This document shows positions 18,730-28,034 of a DNA stretch of 64,000 nt, in pieces. How positions within the stretch are numbered: position 1 is the stretch's first letter; every line of letters starts with the position of its first letter. Both the position numbers and the translations under genes were made by a program. The stretch is taken from the NCBI GenBank assembly GCA_028285755.1, contig JANQOQ010000008.1, positions 897,399-961,398 of the forward strand, written 5' to 3'. The notes beneath the pieces are model-generated. The model was not told where the DNA came from. It did not search any database and worked only from the letters and a program-made list of their open reading frames with translations. Source of the stretch: Puniceicoccaceae bacterium (GTDB lineage Bacteria > Verrucomicrobiota > Verrucomicrobiia > Opitutales > JAFGAQ01).

Positions 18730-18788
18730 AATCTTCTTAATAGTTGCATAAGGCTGTTCTCAGAAAAATCCAGCAATAAATGGATAGG

Positions 18789-19991
18789 TTACTTATTATT
18801 TAGTACGACAACGTCGTGAGGCCCCGCCTCTCGGAAGCCGGCACTGGTGATTTGTATATATTTCGCGCGTTCTTTGAGCTGTGGAATGTCCTGCGCTCCC
18901 AGGTATCCCATACCGGACTGCACCCCTCCGATAATCTCTTTGAGCAGCTCAGCAACGTTCTTTGTAAGCGGCTTTAGTGCTTCAATCCCCTCGGGAGTAA
19001 CCTTCTTGCCGACGTCGCTCTTCTTGTGTCCATATCGGGCTGCCGAGCCGTCATTCATTGCTCCCAGACTGCCCATGCCTCGATATTTTTTGTATTTTAC
19101 TCCATCTATCTCTAATGTTTCACCCGGAGCTTCATGCGTGGTTGCGAGCATCCCACCCAGTATAACTGCATCCGCGAGTGTGAGCGCCTTTACAATATCC
19201 CCTGACTTATTAATGCCACCGTCCGCAATGATGCTGACCCCTTTTTCCTTTGCGACAACTGAGGTTAAGTAAAGGGCGGTCAATTGCGGGATGCCCACAC
19301 CGGCCACCTGCCGAGTCGTGCAAATGGAGCCCGGCCCCTGGCCCACCTTAATGATATCGGCTCCTGCATCCGCAAGAAATGCCACACCCTCACCGCTGGT
19401 AACATTACCCGCGATCAACGGGATATCCGGGAAGCTGGATTTAATGAGTCGCACGGTTTCACTTACACCTTCGGTGAATCCGTGGGCGGTGGATACCGCC
19501 AATGCGTTCACACCCGATTCAACCAAAGATGCGGTATGATCGCAGATAGCATTGCGATCCAGCTCACCGTCCTTACCCCGCTTTGCGGATATTGCTACGC
19601 CGCATAACAATCGGCCCTCATCATCCAGGGAGATGCGATTATGTTGTACCTGGGTATAATCAAACTGCTTTACTTTCTTTACCTCCTCCAGCTGGCTTTC
19701 ATCGGAAAAATTGTAATGGATAAGCCCCAGCCCTCCATTCAGCGACATGGCAATCGCCATCTCTGAACCTGTTACTGTATCCATATCGGATGAGATTATG
19801 GGGATTCGCAGTTTTAAATTCGGCGCCAGCTGGGTGCTTACATCCGTCTCCCTGGGCAAAACGTCTGAGTGTCGCGTCGCAAGCGAAACGTCGTCGTAAG
19901 TTAAGGCATACGGAGTGGCTTTTTGGAAAAATGCATCCGCATCTAGTAAAAAAGCATCATCGATTTGGGTGGTCGTGGCAAATACTGTCAT
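18789..19991 (-). CDS. IMP dehydrogenase / GMP reductase family protein lacking the CBS (Bateman) pair
   Basis: 400 aa with [20 protein letters not shown], the catalytic loop [17 protein letters not shown], and the flap GSLGAM...RY...PEGIE. Only about 25 residues occupy the position of the roughly 120-aa CBS pair. Confidence 0.75.
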   Translation of the reverse strand: MTVFATTTQIDDAFLLDADAFFQKATPYALTYDDVSLATRHSDVLPRETDVSTQLAPNLKLRIPIISSDMDTVTGSEMAIAMSLNGGLGLIHYNFSDESQLEEVKKVKQFDYTQVQHNRISLDDEGRLLCGVAISAKRGKDGELDRNAICDHTASLVESGVNALAVSTAHGFTEGVSETVRLIKSSFPDIPLIAGNVTSGEGVAFLADAGADIIKVGQGPGSICTTRQVAGVGIPQLTALYLTSVVAKEKGVSIIADGGINKSGDIVKALTLADAVILGGMLATTHEAPGETLEIDGVKYKKYRGMGSLGAMNDGSAARYGHKKSDVGKKVTPEGIEALKPLTKNVAELLKEIIGGVQSGMGYLGAQDIPQLKERAKYIQITSAGFREAGPHDVVVLNNK

Positions 19992-20069
19992 TTGCCTTCG
20001 CCAGTATGATTAATAATCGCCAATATTCCAGAAAAATATATACACCTGTGTTAACTTTCTGTGTTTGGT

Positions 20070-21065
20070 ATGGAATTTAGTCTGGATTATCGACCCTATC
20101 GCTTCAAGCTTAACCAACCCATAGCGTTGGGAATGCTGGTTACCGGCTATCGTGAGGGAATCATCATACGCCTTATCGATGACTCAGGAAAAACAGGCTT
20201 TGGTGAGATCGCTCCGGTGGAGTCGTTTGGAAGCGAACCCCTTGAAAATGCACAGACAAAACTCGATTCTTTTTATGGCCGCGTAACGCTAGATGCCATC
20301 TCGACCCTTTACCAAGAAGGCTACGGTTGCACGCAGTTTGCACTTCGGTCTGCAGTTAAATCGATATTTAAGACTGCTGCTTACCCGCAATCGGAAGTAT
20401 ATTCTGCGGCGCTCCTGCCCATCGAAACCAATCCATTTTCCAAAGAGCTCCGCGCCTGTAAGGCTCAAGGATATCGAAGCATAAAGTACAAACTCAGGCC
20501 CGAGGCTCAGGGAGGTATTTCATACAAAGGATTAGTTGAGCTGCTCGATGCTGTGCAAGACACCGGGCTAAAAATACGGTTGGATGCAAATGAGACGTTA
20601 AGCCTGGAAGAAAGCAAACGGGCCTTGGAAATACTGGAAGGTTACTCGCATAGCATCGATTTCCTCGAACAGCCGTTGGACCGTATGCTCGTGGCTGAAA
20701 TGATCGATCTTTCCTATGAATATAATATACCCATCGCGCTAGATGAATCTTTAAGCACGATGGGTCGAGAAATCTGCAGTTATTCGATGCCAGAATCAAT
20801 GGTGTGGGTTATTAAACCCTCTTTAGGAGATTTAAACCTGCTATCTGATTCTCATAAGAACCCATTGGTTTATTCTTCGGTTTTTGAAACAGCTATTGGA
20901 TTTAGTGCTATACTGGAGTTGCAGGATAGTACCTATGATGGCGGCTTGGGCACTCAAAGTTATTTTGAGGATTCGAGCGTTGTTTATCCATCCAGCGGTA
21001 TGCCTGTTCAAACCGGCTTATGGACTCAGGCAATGAGTGAAACCCTATGGAATCGATTACAATGA
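20070..21065 (+). CDS. menC: o-succinylbenzoate synthase (enolase superfamily)
   Basis: Enolase-superfamily residues are present in IKYKL, RLDANETL, FLEQPL and ALDESL. It is adjacent to an acyl-CoA ligase gene. The ORF track starts at GTG 20061 and I prefer ATG 20070. Confidence 0.7.
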   Translation: MEFSLDYRPYRFKLNQPIALGMLVTGYREGIIIRLIDDSGKTGFGEIAPVESFGSEPLENAQTKLDSFYGRVTLDAISTLYQEGYGCTQFALRSAVKSIFKTAAYPQSEVYSAALLPIETNPFSKELRACKAQGYRSIKYKLRPEAQGGISYKGLVELLDAVQDTGLKIRLDANETLSLEESKRALEILEGYSHSIDFLEQPLDRMLVAEMIDLSYEYNIPIALDESLSTMGREICSYSMPESMVWVIKPSLGDLNLLSDSHKNPLVYSSVFETAIGFSAILELQDSTYDGGLGTQSYFEDSSVVYPSSGMPVQTGLWTQAMSETLWNRLQ

Positions 21066-22363
21066 ATAAATTCATAGAGAAGGACATTCGTGCGTGGTTT
21101 TCACTGAATGGTTTTCACGAGGCTGAATCCGTTTTTAAGCAAACCTTGTGCATAGCTAAGGAAAACCAAACTTCTGAGTCCATGCATAACTGGATTATCC
21201 AGACTACCAATCCTGAATCCTGGTTAGGCTATAGCTTTGCCGCAATTTTATTGAACCAGTGCGTATGGTTTGCCAATCCTTACTGGGGAAGTAATGAGCA
21301 GAAGCAACTCAGCCGGATAGTTCAGGCCGATGTGCTTTGTAACGATGAGGGCATTAGCTGGCAGCCAAACATGCGCCAATCCTCAACCACTGCCCAGTCC
21401 ATCTTAATCGCCACAGGGGGCACCTCAGGAAAAATGAGGTTTGCCCGTCACACTCCGGATACCCTGACTGCGGCAGTTGAAAGCCTTGCTCAGTATCTGT
21501 TTAAGCGAGCACCTGAAATCGGGGATTTCCCGTTCTATTGTGATTTGCCTCTGTGGCATGTCAGTGGATGGATGCAGGCTTATCGGGCGTTTCATGCCCA
21601 CTCACAATTACGATTTGCTGATAAATCCAGTGCTTTTGAGGATTGCTGGGTATCCTTGGTCCCTACTCAGCTACGTCGATATCTGGACAATAATGAAAAA
21701 GTAGCCTCATTAATACAATCGCGGGGTATATTCATCGGAGGGGCACATTGTCCCCCTGAGTTAGCAGGGCGTGCCGCTGAGCTTGGGATATCGCTTTTTT
21801 TGACATACGGAATGACGGAAACTGCAGGCATGATCGCAGCCACTCCGGCTATACCCGCAATGGGTGATCGACTGAGTTATGAGATATTCCCGGAAATTGA
21901 CCTCCGCGTCGATAATGGCTCCCGATTAATGGTCAAATCAGATTCCCTATTTAAAGGCTATAATTTCGATAACCAAACGGAGCAGCATTGGCTATCCGAC
22001 GATCTGGGGGTCCTTGATGAAAAAAACATCACTATTCTGGGGCGAGCGGATCAGATTATCATAACCGGAGGTGAAAAGGTGCTCCCTGCTGAAATTGAGC
22101 AGACCATTCAAAAGTATCTGGGACTGTCCAATGTCTGTGTTAGTTCCATTCCTGATGGCCAATGGGGCCAAAAAATTATAGTTTTGTACGAAAATGAAGA
22201 CCCCATAGACGAAGATTATGCTAAGCTGAAATTGCGCAAACATCTGGTTGCCTATAAGATTCCCAAGCGGTGGATACATTGCATTCAATTGCCATATGAT
22301 GAGAGGGGCAAAATCAGCTCGCAGGCGATTCAGGCACTCCTGCACAATTCAATTGTCAAATAG
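21062..22363 (+). CDS. menE: AMP-dependent synthetase/ligase, probable o-succinylbenzoate-CoA ligase
   Basis: AMP-binding motifs are present: TGGTSGKMR, TYGMTETAG, and GDLG...D-type and IPKRW...GKI C-terminal motifs. The ATG at 21062 forms an ATGA overlap with the menC stop (21063-21065). The ORF track uses ATG 21047. Confidence 0.6.
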   Translation: MNKFIEKDIRAWFSLNGFHEAESVFKQTLCIAKENQTSESMHNWIIQTTNPESWLGYSFAAILLNQCVWFANPYWGSNEQKQLSRIVQADVLCNDEGISWQPNMRQSSTTAQSILIATGGTSGKMRFARHTPDTLTAAVESLAQYLFKRAPEIGDFPFYCDLPLWHVSGWMQAYRAFHAHSQLRFADKSSAFEDCWVSLVPTQLRRYLDNNEKVASLIQSRGIFIGGAHCPPELAGRAAELGISLFLTYGMTETAGMIAATPAIPAMGDRLSYEIFPEIDLRVDNGSRLMVKSDSLFKGYNFDNQTEQHWLSDDLGVLDEKNITILGRADQIIITGGEKVLPAEIEQTIQKYLGLSNVCVSSIPDGQWGQKIIVLYENEDPIDEDYAKLKLRKHLVAYKIPKRWIHCIQLPYDERGKISSQAIQALLHNSIVK

Positions 22364-22402
22364 GAGCTTGTATGTCATTAATGATGTTAAATTTAGAGAA
22401 TT

Positions 22403-22774
22403 ATGGCAACTGACGCGATCGACCTGCACCTGGAGCTTTGTGAGCAAATCCATGAAATATTAAAGGAGGAAAATCGGGCTTTAAAGCACCAGGCTACTCA
22501 CATACCTGATGAATTACTCGATCGCAAAAAGCAGCTGCTACCGGAGCTGGATCGTTCGCTGCAGGCACTTCAAACCATGGAGAATGAGCGTAAGCATGAG
22601 AAACCCGAGTCTCTTCAAAAACTGAAAGCTGCCCAAAGCCTTACAATGACTATACTCCTGCTTGATCGCGAAAACGAACAACTGCTATTGAAGTCCCTGA
22701 TGCCCGTTAAACCCGAAGCGCCCCGGCTGGGAAATCTCAAGGGGCTGAAGGATATTTACGAAAAGAATCAATAG
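22403..22774 (+). CDS. hypothetical helical protein (FlgN-like feel, unproven)
   Basis: 123 aa, strongly helical and charged (LHLELCEQIHEILKEENRALKHQ...LLDRKKQLLPELDRSLQALQ), similar in style to the FlgN-like ORF at 35074. Confidence 0.3.
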   Translation: MATDAIDLHLELCEQIHEILKEENRALKHQATHIPDELLDRKKQLLPELDRSLQALQTMENERKHEKPESLQKLKAAQSLTMTILLLDRENEQLLLKSLMPVKPEAPRLGNLKGLKDIYEKNQ

Positions 22775-22775
22775 C

Positions 22776-23360
22776 TCATTTATCGGTTTCTTCTGACTCC
22801 GGCTCTGTATTCACTTCTTCAGCAGTTTCTTCTCTGTCATCGGATTCCTCAGGTTCGCTAATGGATGGTTTACTTGTTGTTTCAGTAACGGTTTCATTCT
22901 GAACTGCATGGAGAGCGAGTTCGATTAACTCACTGATGGTCTGCAATAGCTTATCGCCCCATTGTGCATATTCAGTTTCATCATTGAGCACCATGAGTAT
23001 CTGCCGGGTTTGTCCACTCGCCAGGCGTATCAGGCAATTCATCGCAGCCTTTTCATCCTGTTGTGGAACATTGGTAAGTTCCAAAAAGCAGTGCAGCTCA
23101 CTCTGACCCTGTGCAGCTTTAGACCACACAGACAACCCCGTGCGCTCAAGCGTGAAATTATGAGAACGCTCGATAACGACCTGTGCATTTTCCAGGCTGC
23201 CTTTATCTTCCCAGAATTCCTTTAGTTTCGGCTCGAAACTCGATGTAAAAGTAATAGGGCTAATTTTCACGTGATGATGATTATGCGCTATTTTCGGGGT
23301 TTCGCACAACTCTTTTAAGTATTTGATTGTAAAATTCTTATCGGGCTGGTAACTACTCAA
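22776..23360 (-). CDS. hypothetical protein with acidic C-terminal tail
   Basis: 194-aa ORF with normal-looking composition. The tail is SEPEESDDREETAEEVNTEPESEETDK. I recognise no motif. Confidence 0.4.
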   Translation of the reverse strand: MSSYQPDKNFTIKYLKELCETPKIAHNHHHVKISPITFTSSFEPKLKEFWEDKGSLENAQVVIERSHNFTLERTGLSVWSKAAQGQSELHCFLELTNVPQQDEKAAMNCLIRLASGQTRQILMVLNDETEYAQWGDKLLQTISELIELALHAVQNETVTETTSKPSISEPEESDDREETAEEVNTEPESEETDK

Positions 23361-23421
23361 ATTATTAGATGGGCGGATACTCGACTCCGAATTACGCAGA
23401 CCACAGTTAGACTAATAACGT

Positions 23422-24849
23422 ATGGCATTTGACAAAATCATTGTTGTTGATGACGAGCTTATTATTCGAAAAACGCTTGAACAACAACTTCGCAATAAAC
23501 GTTACACCGTCGCCCCTGCTACTTCTATCGCAGAATGTGAGGCCTATCTTGCCAAAGACCAGTTCGATCTGATTTTTTTGGATGTGCGTTTACCCGATGG
23601 GGATGGCACTGAATTGCTTGAACGCATCAATGAGATGGAAGATAAGCCCATGGTTGTAATGATTACAGGCCATGGCTCCATTGAATCTGCAGTCAAGTGC
23701 ATGCAGCTCGGCGCCTTTGATTATGTGATCAAACCTTTCTCCATTGAGCAAATTGAGGTCATACTCAAAAAGGCAGAGTCTTACAGCCAACTGGTGAAGG
23801 TAAACCGCTATCTCACCAACGCCTCAAACTCAAAGAGTGAAATCCTGGGCGATGCCGTAAATGTAGTGGGCATGCGCAATATTATCCGCAAAGTAGCTGC
23901 GACCGAAGCCACTGTGCTGATCATGGGTGAAAATGGCACTGGAAAGGAACTGGTCGCGAATGAAATCCACCGGCTCAGCTCACTTTCCAAACAGCCTTTC
24001 ATACGGGTAAATTGTGCTGCGATTTCTGAGAATCTAATTGAGAGTGAATTCTTTGGTCATGAAAAAGGAGCCTTTACCGGAGCCACCCAAAGGCGGGAAG
24101 GCCGCTTCGAACTCGCAAACAACGGCACCATATTATTGGATGAAATCAGCGAAATTTCGCCGCAATTACAGGCAAAACTCCTCAGGGTTTTACAGGAAAA
24201 AGAGTTTGAACGTGTAGGGGGTAATAAAACCATCAGCGTAAACGTGCGTGTGCTAGCAACTACGAATCGCGACCTAATGAAGGAGGTAGAGGCCGGAAAC
24301 TTTCGTGAGGATTTATTCTATCGCCTTAATGTTTTCCCGATCCATGTGCCACCCTTAAGAGAGCGCAAAGGCGATGTCATGTTGCTGGCTAACAAGTTTT
24401 TAGAAACTTTTACGAGAAAACACGGGCAGCAAATTAAAGGATATTCTAAATCTGCCGAAAATGCATTAGAGGGTCATGAATGGCCCGGAAATGTCCGTGA
24501 ACTTCAAAATACTATTGAGAGAGCAGTGATTCTAAGTGATTCGAATTCTTATATAACACCGGCAAATTTAGGGCTTATCCCTAGATCGCCTGTTAGTGAC
24601 CCAGAAACTGAGGAATCGTCTGTGAATGAAATTACCGCAACGTTCCCCAAGCCGGATGAATTGCCACTCAGTGAGGTCATACCTCTCGAGGAGATCGAGA
24701 AACAACATATACTCAATGTTTTGAAATCTACGGAAGGCAATCGCACCCACGCGGCTGAATTGCTTAACATCAGCATTCGCACCCTTAGAAACAAAATTAA
24801 TCAATACCGCATCGAAGGTATTGAAATCCCCGAACCCACCGCAAAGTAA
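23422..24849 (+). CDS. sigma-54-dependent response regulator (NtrC family; FleR/FlbD-like by context)
   Basis: 475 aa with a receiver domain (VVDDE...FLDVRLPDGDG...KPF), AAA+ domain with Walker A GENGTGKE, the GAFTGA loop (EKGAFTGA), and a Fis-type HTH NRTHAAELLNISIRTLRNKI. Confidence 0.92.
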   Translation: MAFDKIIVVDDELIIRKTLEQQLRNKRYTVAPATSIAECEAYLAKDQFDLIFLDVRLPDGDGTELLERINEMEDKPMVVMITGHGSIESAVKCMQLGAFDYVIKPFSIEQIEVILKKAESYSQLVKVNRYLTNASNSKSEILGDAVNVVGMRNIIRKVAATEATVLIMGENGTGKELVANEIHRLSSLSKQPFIRVNCAAISENLIESEFFGHEKGAFTGATQRREGRFELANNGTILLDEISEISPQLQAKLLRVLQEKEFERVGGNKTISVNVRVLATTNRDLMKEVEAGNFREDLFYRLNVFPIHVPPLRERKGDVMLLANKFLETFTRKHGQQIKGYSKSAENALEGHEWPGNVRELQNTIERAVILSDSNSYITPANLGLIPRSPVSDPETEESSVNEITATFPKPDELPLSEVIPLEEIEKQHILNVLKSTEGNRTHAAELLNISIRTLRNKINQYRIEGIEIPEPTAK

Positions 24850-24869
24850 ATTTCGAATTACAAGATATT

Positions 24870-25391
24870 ATGTCAAAATTAATCGATATCCCTGAAGAAG
24901 AGCTCGTTGGAATGATGATGTCTTCGGTCCAAGATGTATTTAGTACAATGCTTAGTTTGCAGGTAGACCTTGATAAGCATGAGTCCAGCACCCCGACGGG
25001 AGAGTCGCTTAAGCCTGCGATGGAACAATCCACGGATATGGTTGCGGCCAACGTAGGATTTAGCGGAAAAATTTATGGAATGGTCTACATTTGCATGAGC
25101 AGCGCGCTCGCTACTAAATTCACGAAACAACTCCTAGGTATGGACGAGCTCGAAGAAAGCGATCACGAAACTATCAATGATGCGTTGGGTGAGCTTGCTA
25201 ATATGACCGTAGGTGGTTTTAAAAACCAACTCAGCCACAAGGGCTACTCCTGCCAACTCACCATTCCCTCCATTTTGCGGGGCAGTAATTTTCAGATTGA
25301 ATCCACCTCGCAATCTCAGAGGGAAACTTTCTACTTTGACTCCGAAGGAGATTCATTTGTTGCCGATCTTTTCGTTAGGGAAGGCAATTAA
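24870..25391 (+). CDS. cheX: CheX-like chemotaxis phosphatase
   Basis: 173 aa with the E-x2-N motif context ALGELANMTVGGFKNQL and CheC/CheX-like size. It lies between two response-regulator genes. Confidence 0.7.
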   Translation: MSKLIDIPEEELVGMMMSSVQDVFSTMLSLQVDLDKHESSTPTGESLKPAMEQSTDMVAANVGFSGKIYGMVYICMSSALATKFTKQLLGMDELEESDHETINDALGELANMTVGGFKNQLSHKGYSCQLTIPSILRGSNFQIESTSQSQRETFYFDSEGDSFVADLFVREGN

Positions 25392-25403
25392 CGTTTTTAT
25401 ACT

Positions 25404-26528
25404 ATGAGTAAGACACTCTTAACCATCGATGATTCCAAGGCCGTTCGCATGATTGTGAAGAAGGCCTTTGGTGAATTCGATCTCGAAATCGTGGAGGCCA
25501 CCAATGGGGTAGAGGGGCTTGCCGCCGCGAGTAAGTCCAATCCCGACCTCATTTTGTTGGATATCACGATGCCTGTGATGGATGGTATCGAGATGCTCAC
25601 CAAACTGAAGGCCGATGTAAACCTTAAGCACATTCCGGTAATTATGCTTACCGCTGAAGCCGGCAAGGAAACCGTGCTCAAAATCGCTAAAATCGGGATA
25701 CGCGATTATATTGTAAAACCTTTCAGTGAAGACACACTGATCGAAAAAGTGGGGCGTGTTATCGACCTTCGCCCTATTTCTGACCAGGAGGAGAGCCGAC
25801 GCAAGATCACCGATCCGCTCAATATTTTGCTGGTTGAAGATAAGCCGGCGATTGCAGATCAGTTTAAATCCGGCTTTAGCAATGCTAATTGGACTGTGAA
25901 TTGTGTAACTTCCACAGGTGAAGCCATCGACGCTGCTCAAGAGACGAATCAGGATATTATTGTAATCAGCCTCTCACTGCCTCGCGATCAGGGTATAGAG
26001 CTTTTTCGCATACTGCGTTCGAATCCGCGTAATAAGTATACGCCGATCTTTGCCTTAATTGTAAAAACAGATACCCACGAGCAAACGCGGGCTCAAGAGA
26101 CCGGGTTTACCAATATCATTACCAAGCCAATCGACTTTCACGAAGTTGAGACCAAGATTGCCGCTGCGGCAAACCTGGATACCTCGGAGAAGTACTTTAC
26201 TGAGGACAGTGGTTGTTTGATCGTATCCCTGCCCGCAACCCCATCCACCCATGCGATTAATGAAGTCAGTAGCTTTTTGGAAGATAAAATCTCGGGGGCA
26301 GTAGATAGCGGTTTAAAGAAAGTGGCATTTGATGTCCACGAGCTTGAAGTGCTCAATATGAATGTGATTAAGCTTATGCTCGATGCTATGAAAAGCTGTA
26401 TGGAGCTTTCGTTGAGTTACTACATTATTGGTAATTCGAAGATCGAGCAGGAATGTATGGCATTTGAAGAGTCAAAATCCTGGAAAATCTATGGCAGTCT
26501 CCAGGAAGCATTGAGCTCTGGTTCTTAA
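25404..26528 (+). CDS. REC - pseudo-REC - STAS-like three-domain response regulator
   Basis: 374 aa. REC1 is canonical (TIDDSK, LILLD53ITMP, MLTAE, IVKPF). REC2 keeps the fold motifs (LLVEDKP, ITKPI) but has Ser189 (codon 25968-25970) at the phospho-acceptor position (IIVISLSLP). The C-terminal roughly 100 aa looks like a STAS/anti-sigma-antagonist fold (KKVAFDVHELEVLNMNVIKLMLDAM...YYIIGNS). Confidence 0.7.
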   Translation: MSKTLLTIDDSKAVRMIVKKAFGEFDLEIVEATNGVEGLAAASKSNPDLILLDITMPVMDGIEMLTKLKADVNLKHIPVIMLTAEAGKETVLKIAKIGIRDYIVKPFSEDTLIEKVGRVIDLRPISDQEESRRKITDPLNILLVEDKPAIADQFKSGFSNANWTVNCVTSTGEAIDAAQETNQDIIVISLSLPRDQGIELFRILRSNPRNKYTPIFALIVKTDTHEQTRAQETGFTNIITKPIDFHEVETKIAAAANLDTSEKYFTEDSGCLIVSLPATPSTHAINEVSSFLEDKISGAVDSGLKKVAFDVHELEVLNMNVIKLMLDAMKSCMELSLSYYIIGNSKIEQECMAFEESKSWKIYGSLQEALSSGS

Positions 26529-26606
26529 GCCCGTTCGGAGGTCGCAAAATAGTCGATTTAATAGGCTTGAGTGCCTTAAATGTATGACGCTATTCTGGCG
26601 GCACGT

Positions 26607-28022
26607 ATGAAACATTGGGTGGTTCTCTTTCTATTCTGTTGCGTAGTTTCATTCTCCTATTCTCAGGATCAGCCTAATATATTGCTCATTTTGGCGGATG
26701 ATCTGGGCATTGGTGACCTGACAATCTATAATCCGGATTCGAAGGTGCCAACTCCGCATATAGACCGCTTGGCAAGGCAAGGGCTGCGCTTTACGGATGC
26801 ATATTGCCCCTCAGCGGTATGTTCACCTACCCGTTATTCGCTATTTACGGGAGAGTATCCCTGGAGAAGCTGGAAAAAAACAGGGGTATTGGCAAACTGG
26901 GAGCGCTCGATGATCAATGAAAATACGCTTACATTGACTCAAATGCTTCAGAAGGCTGGATACTACACGATTGGTATAGGCAAATGGCACCTTGGTGCAA
27001 TTTTTCCAACAAAGGATGGAAAGCCTGCTTTGGGAATCGGCAAATTTAAATCTGAAAACACAGGGCAGAATATTGATATCCAGAAGGACGTTCTGGAAGG
27101 ACCTATCGATCGGGGTTTTGAATATTGGCATGGCTTCAGTTGTGCCAGTGAACAGTTGATATTACGCAATAGGAAAGTAGTTTCGTTACTAGGGCACGAT
27201 CTTTATACTCCACCTGCAGCCGAGGGTGTGGATCAACTGCCTAAAATCCCATTAAAGGACTATCTCGCAGACATGCTTACAGAGACGAAGCAATTGCTCA
27301 AGGAGCAGGTGGATAAGGAAAAGCCGTTCTTTCTGTATTTTTCGCCCTATGTTCCTCACATACCCTTGGCTGTTGAAGATAGATTCTTAGAAAGCACACG
27401 TGCCGGGGAATATGGAGATTATGTGGCCCAACTGGATCATTATGTCGGGGAGTTAATATCTGCGCTAAAAAACTATGGATTGGATGACAATACACTGATT
27501 ATTTTTGCAAGCGATAACGGCTCGCAATTTATCGAAACCGGAGAGGGTAAACATATGCCGAACTACCCGTTCTCTGGAATTAAGTGGACGGTCAGGGAGG
27601 GAGGTGTGCGCACGCCCCTCATTTTTCATTGGGTGGGAGTTATTGAAGAGAACTCGGTGAATAAGCAGATTATCGGATTGAATGATATAATGGCGACGCT
27701 TGCTGGATTACTTGATTACCCGATCGAAAGTGAGCAGGCCAAGGATAGCCTGGATTTTTCTGAAGTATTGCTTGGCAATGAGAATGAATCCATACGAAAG
27801 AGTATCTCATTACTCAGTGTTAACGGCCTGAATGCTCTGAGAATGGGTAAATGGAAATATATCGATGGCTCAGGGGACCGCAGAAGAGAAACTACGGATA
27901 ACTACATTCCTCAACTTTATGATTTGGAGCAAGATCCTGCAGAGCAGAATAATCTTGCTGCTAAGATGCCGGAGCAGGTGGCCATTATGCAGAGAGAATT
28001 GAAGCTAATCCTTGGGAATTGA
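26607..28022 (+). CDS. secreted Cys-type sulfatase (arylsulfatase family)
   Basis: Signal peptide MKHWVVLFLFCCVVSFSYSQ, then LILADDLG and the formylglycine motif CSPTRYSLFTG, with a later GKWHLG. The ORF track starts at 26580 and I prefer ATG 26607. Confidence 0.9.
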   Translation: MKHWVVLFLFCCVVSFSYSQDQPNILLILADDLGIGDLTIYNPDSKVPTPHIDRLARQGLRFTDAYCPSAVCSPTRYSLFTGEYPWRSWKKTGVLANWERSMINENTLTLTQMLQKAGYYTIGIGKWHLGAIFPTKDGKPALGIGKFKSENTGQNIDIQKDVLEGPIDRGFEYWHGFSCASEQLILRNRKVVSLLGHDLYTPPAAEGVDQLPKIPLKDYLADMLTETKQLLKEQVDKEKPFFLYFSPYVPHIPLAVEDRFLESTRAGEYGDYVAQLDHYVGELISALKNYGLDDNTLIIFASDNGSQFIETGEGKHMPNYPFSGIKWTVREGGVRTPLIFHWVGVIEENSVNKQIIGLNDIMATLAGLLDYPIESEQAKDSLDFSEVLLGNENESIRKSISLLSVNGLNALRMGKWKYIDGSGDRRRETTDNYIPQLYDLEQDPAEQNNLAAKMPEQVAIMQRELKLILGN

Positions 28023-28034
28023 TGGCGTAATTAA

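Noticed and set aside
26607-28022. Sulfatase considered as a sign of a polysaccharide-utilisation or accessory island.
   Set aside because: It is a single gene with no adjacent glycoside hydrolases, SusC/D-like genes or maturase. It is convergent with comM. Isolated sulfatase genes are abundant in marine PVC-type genomes.
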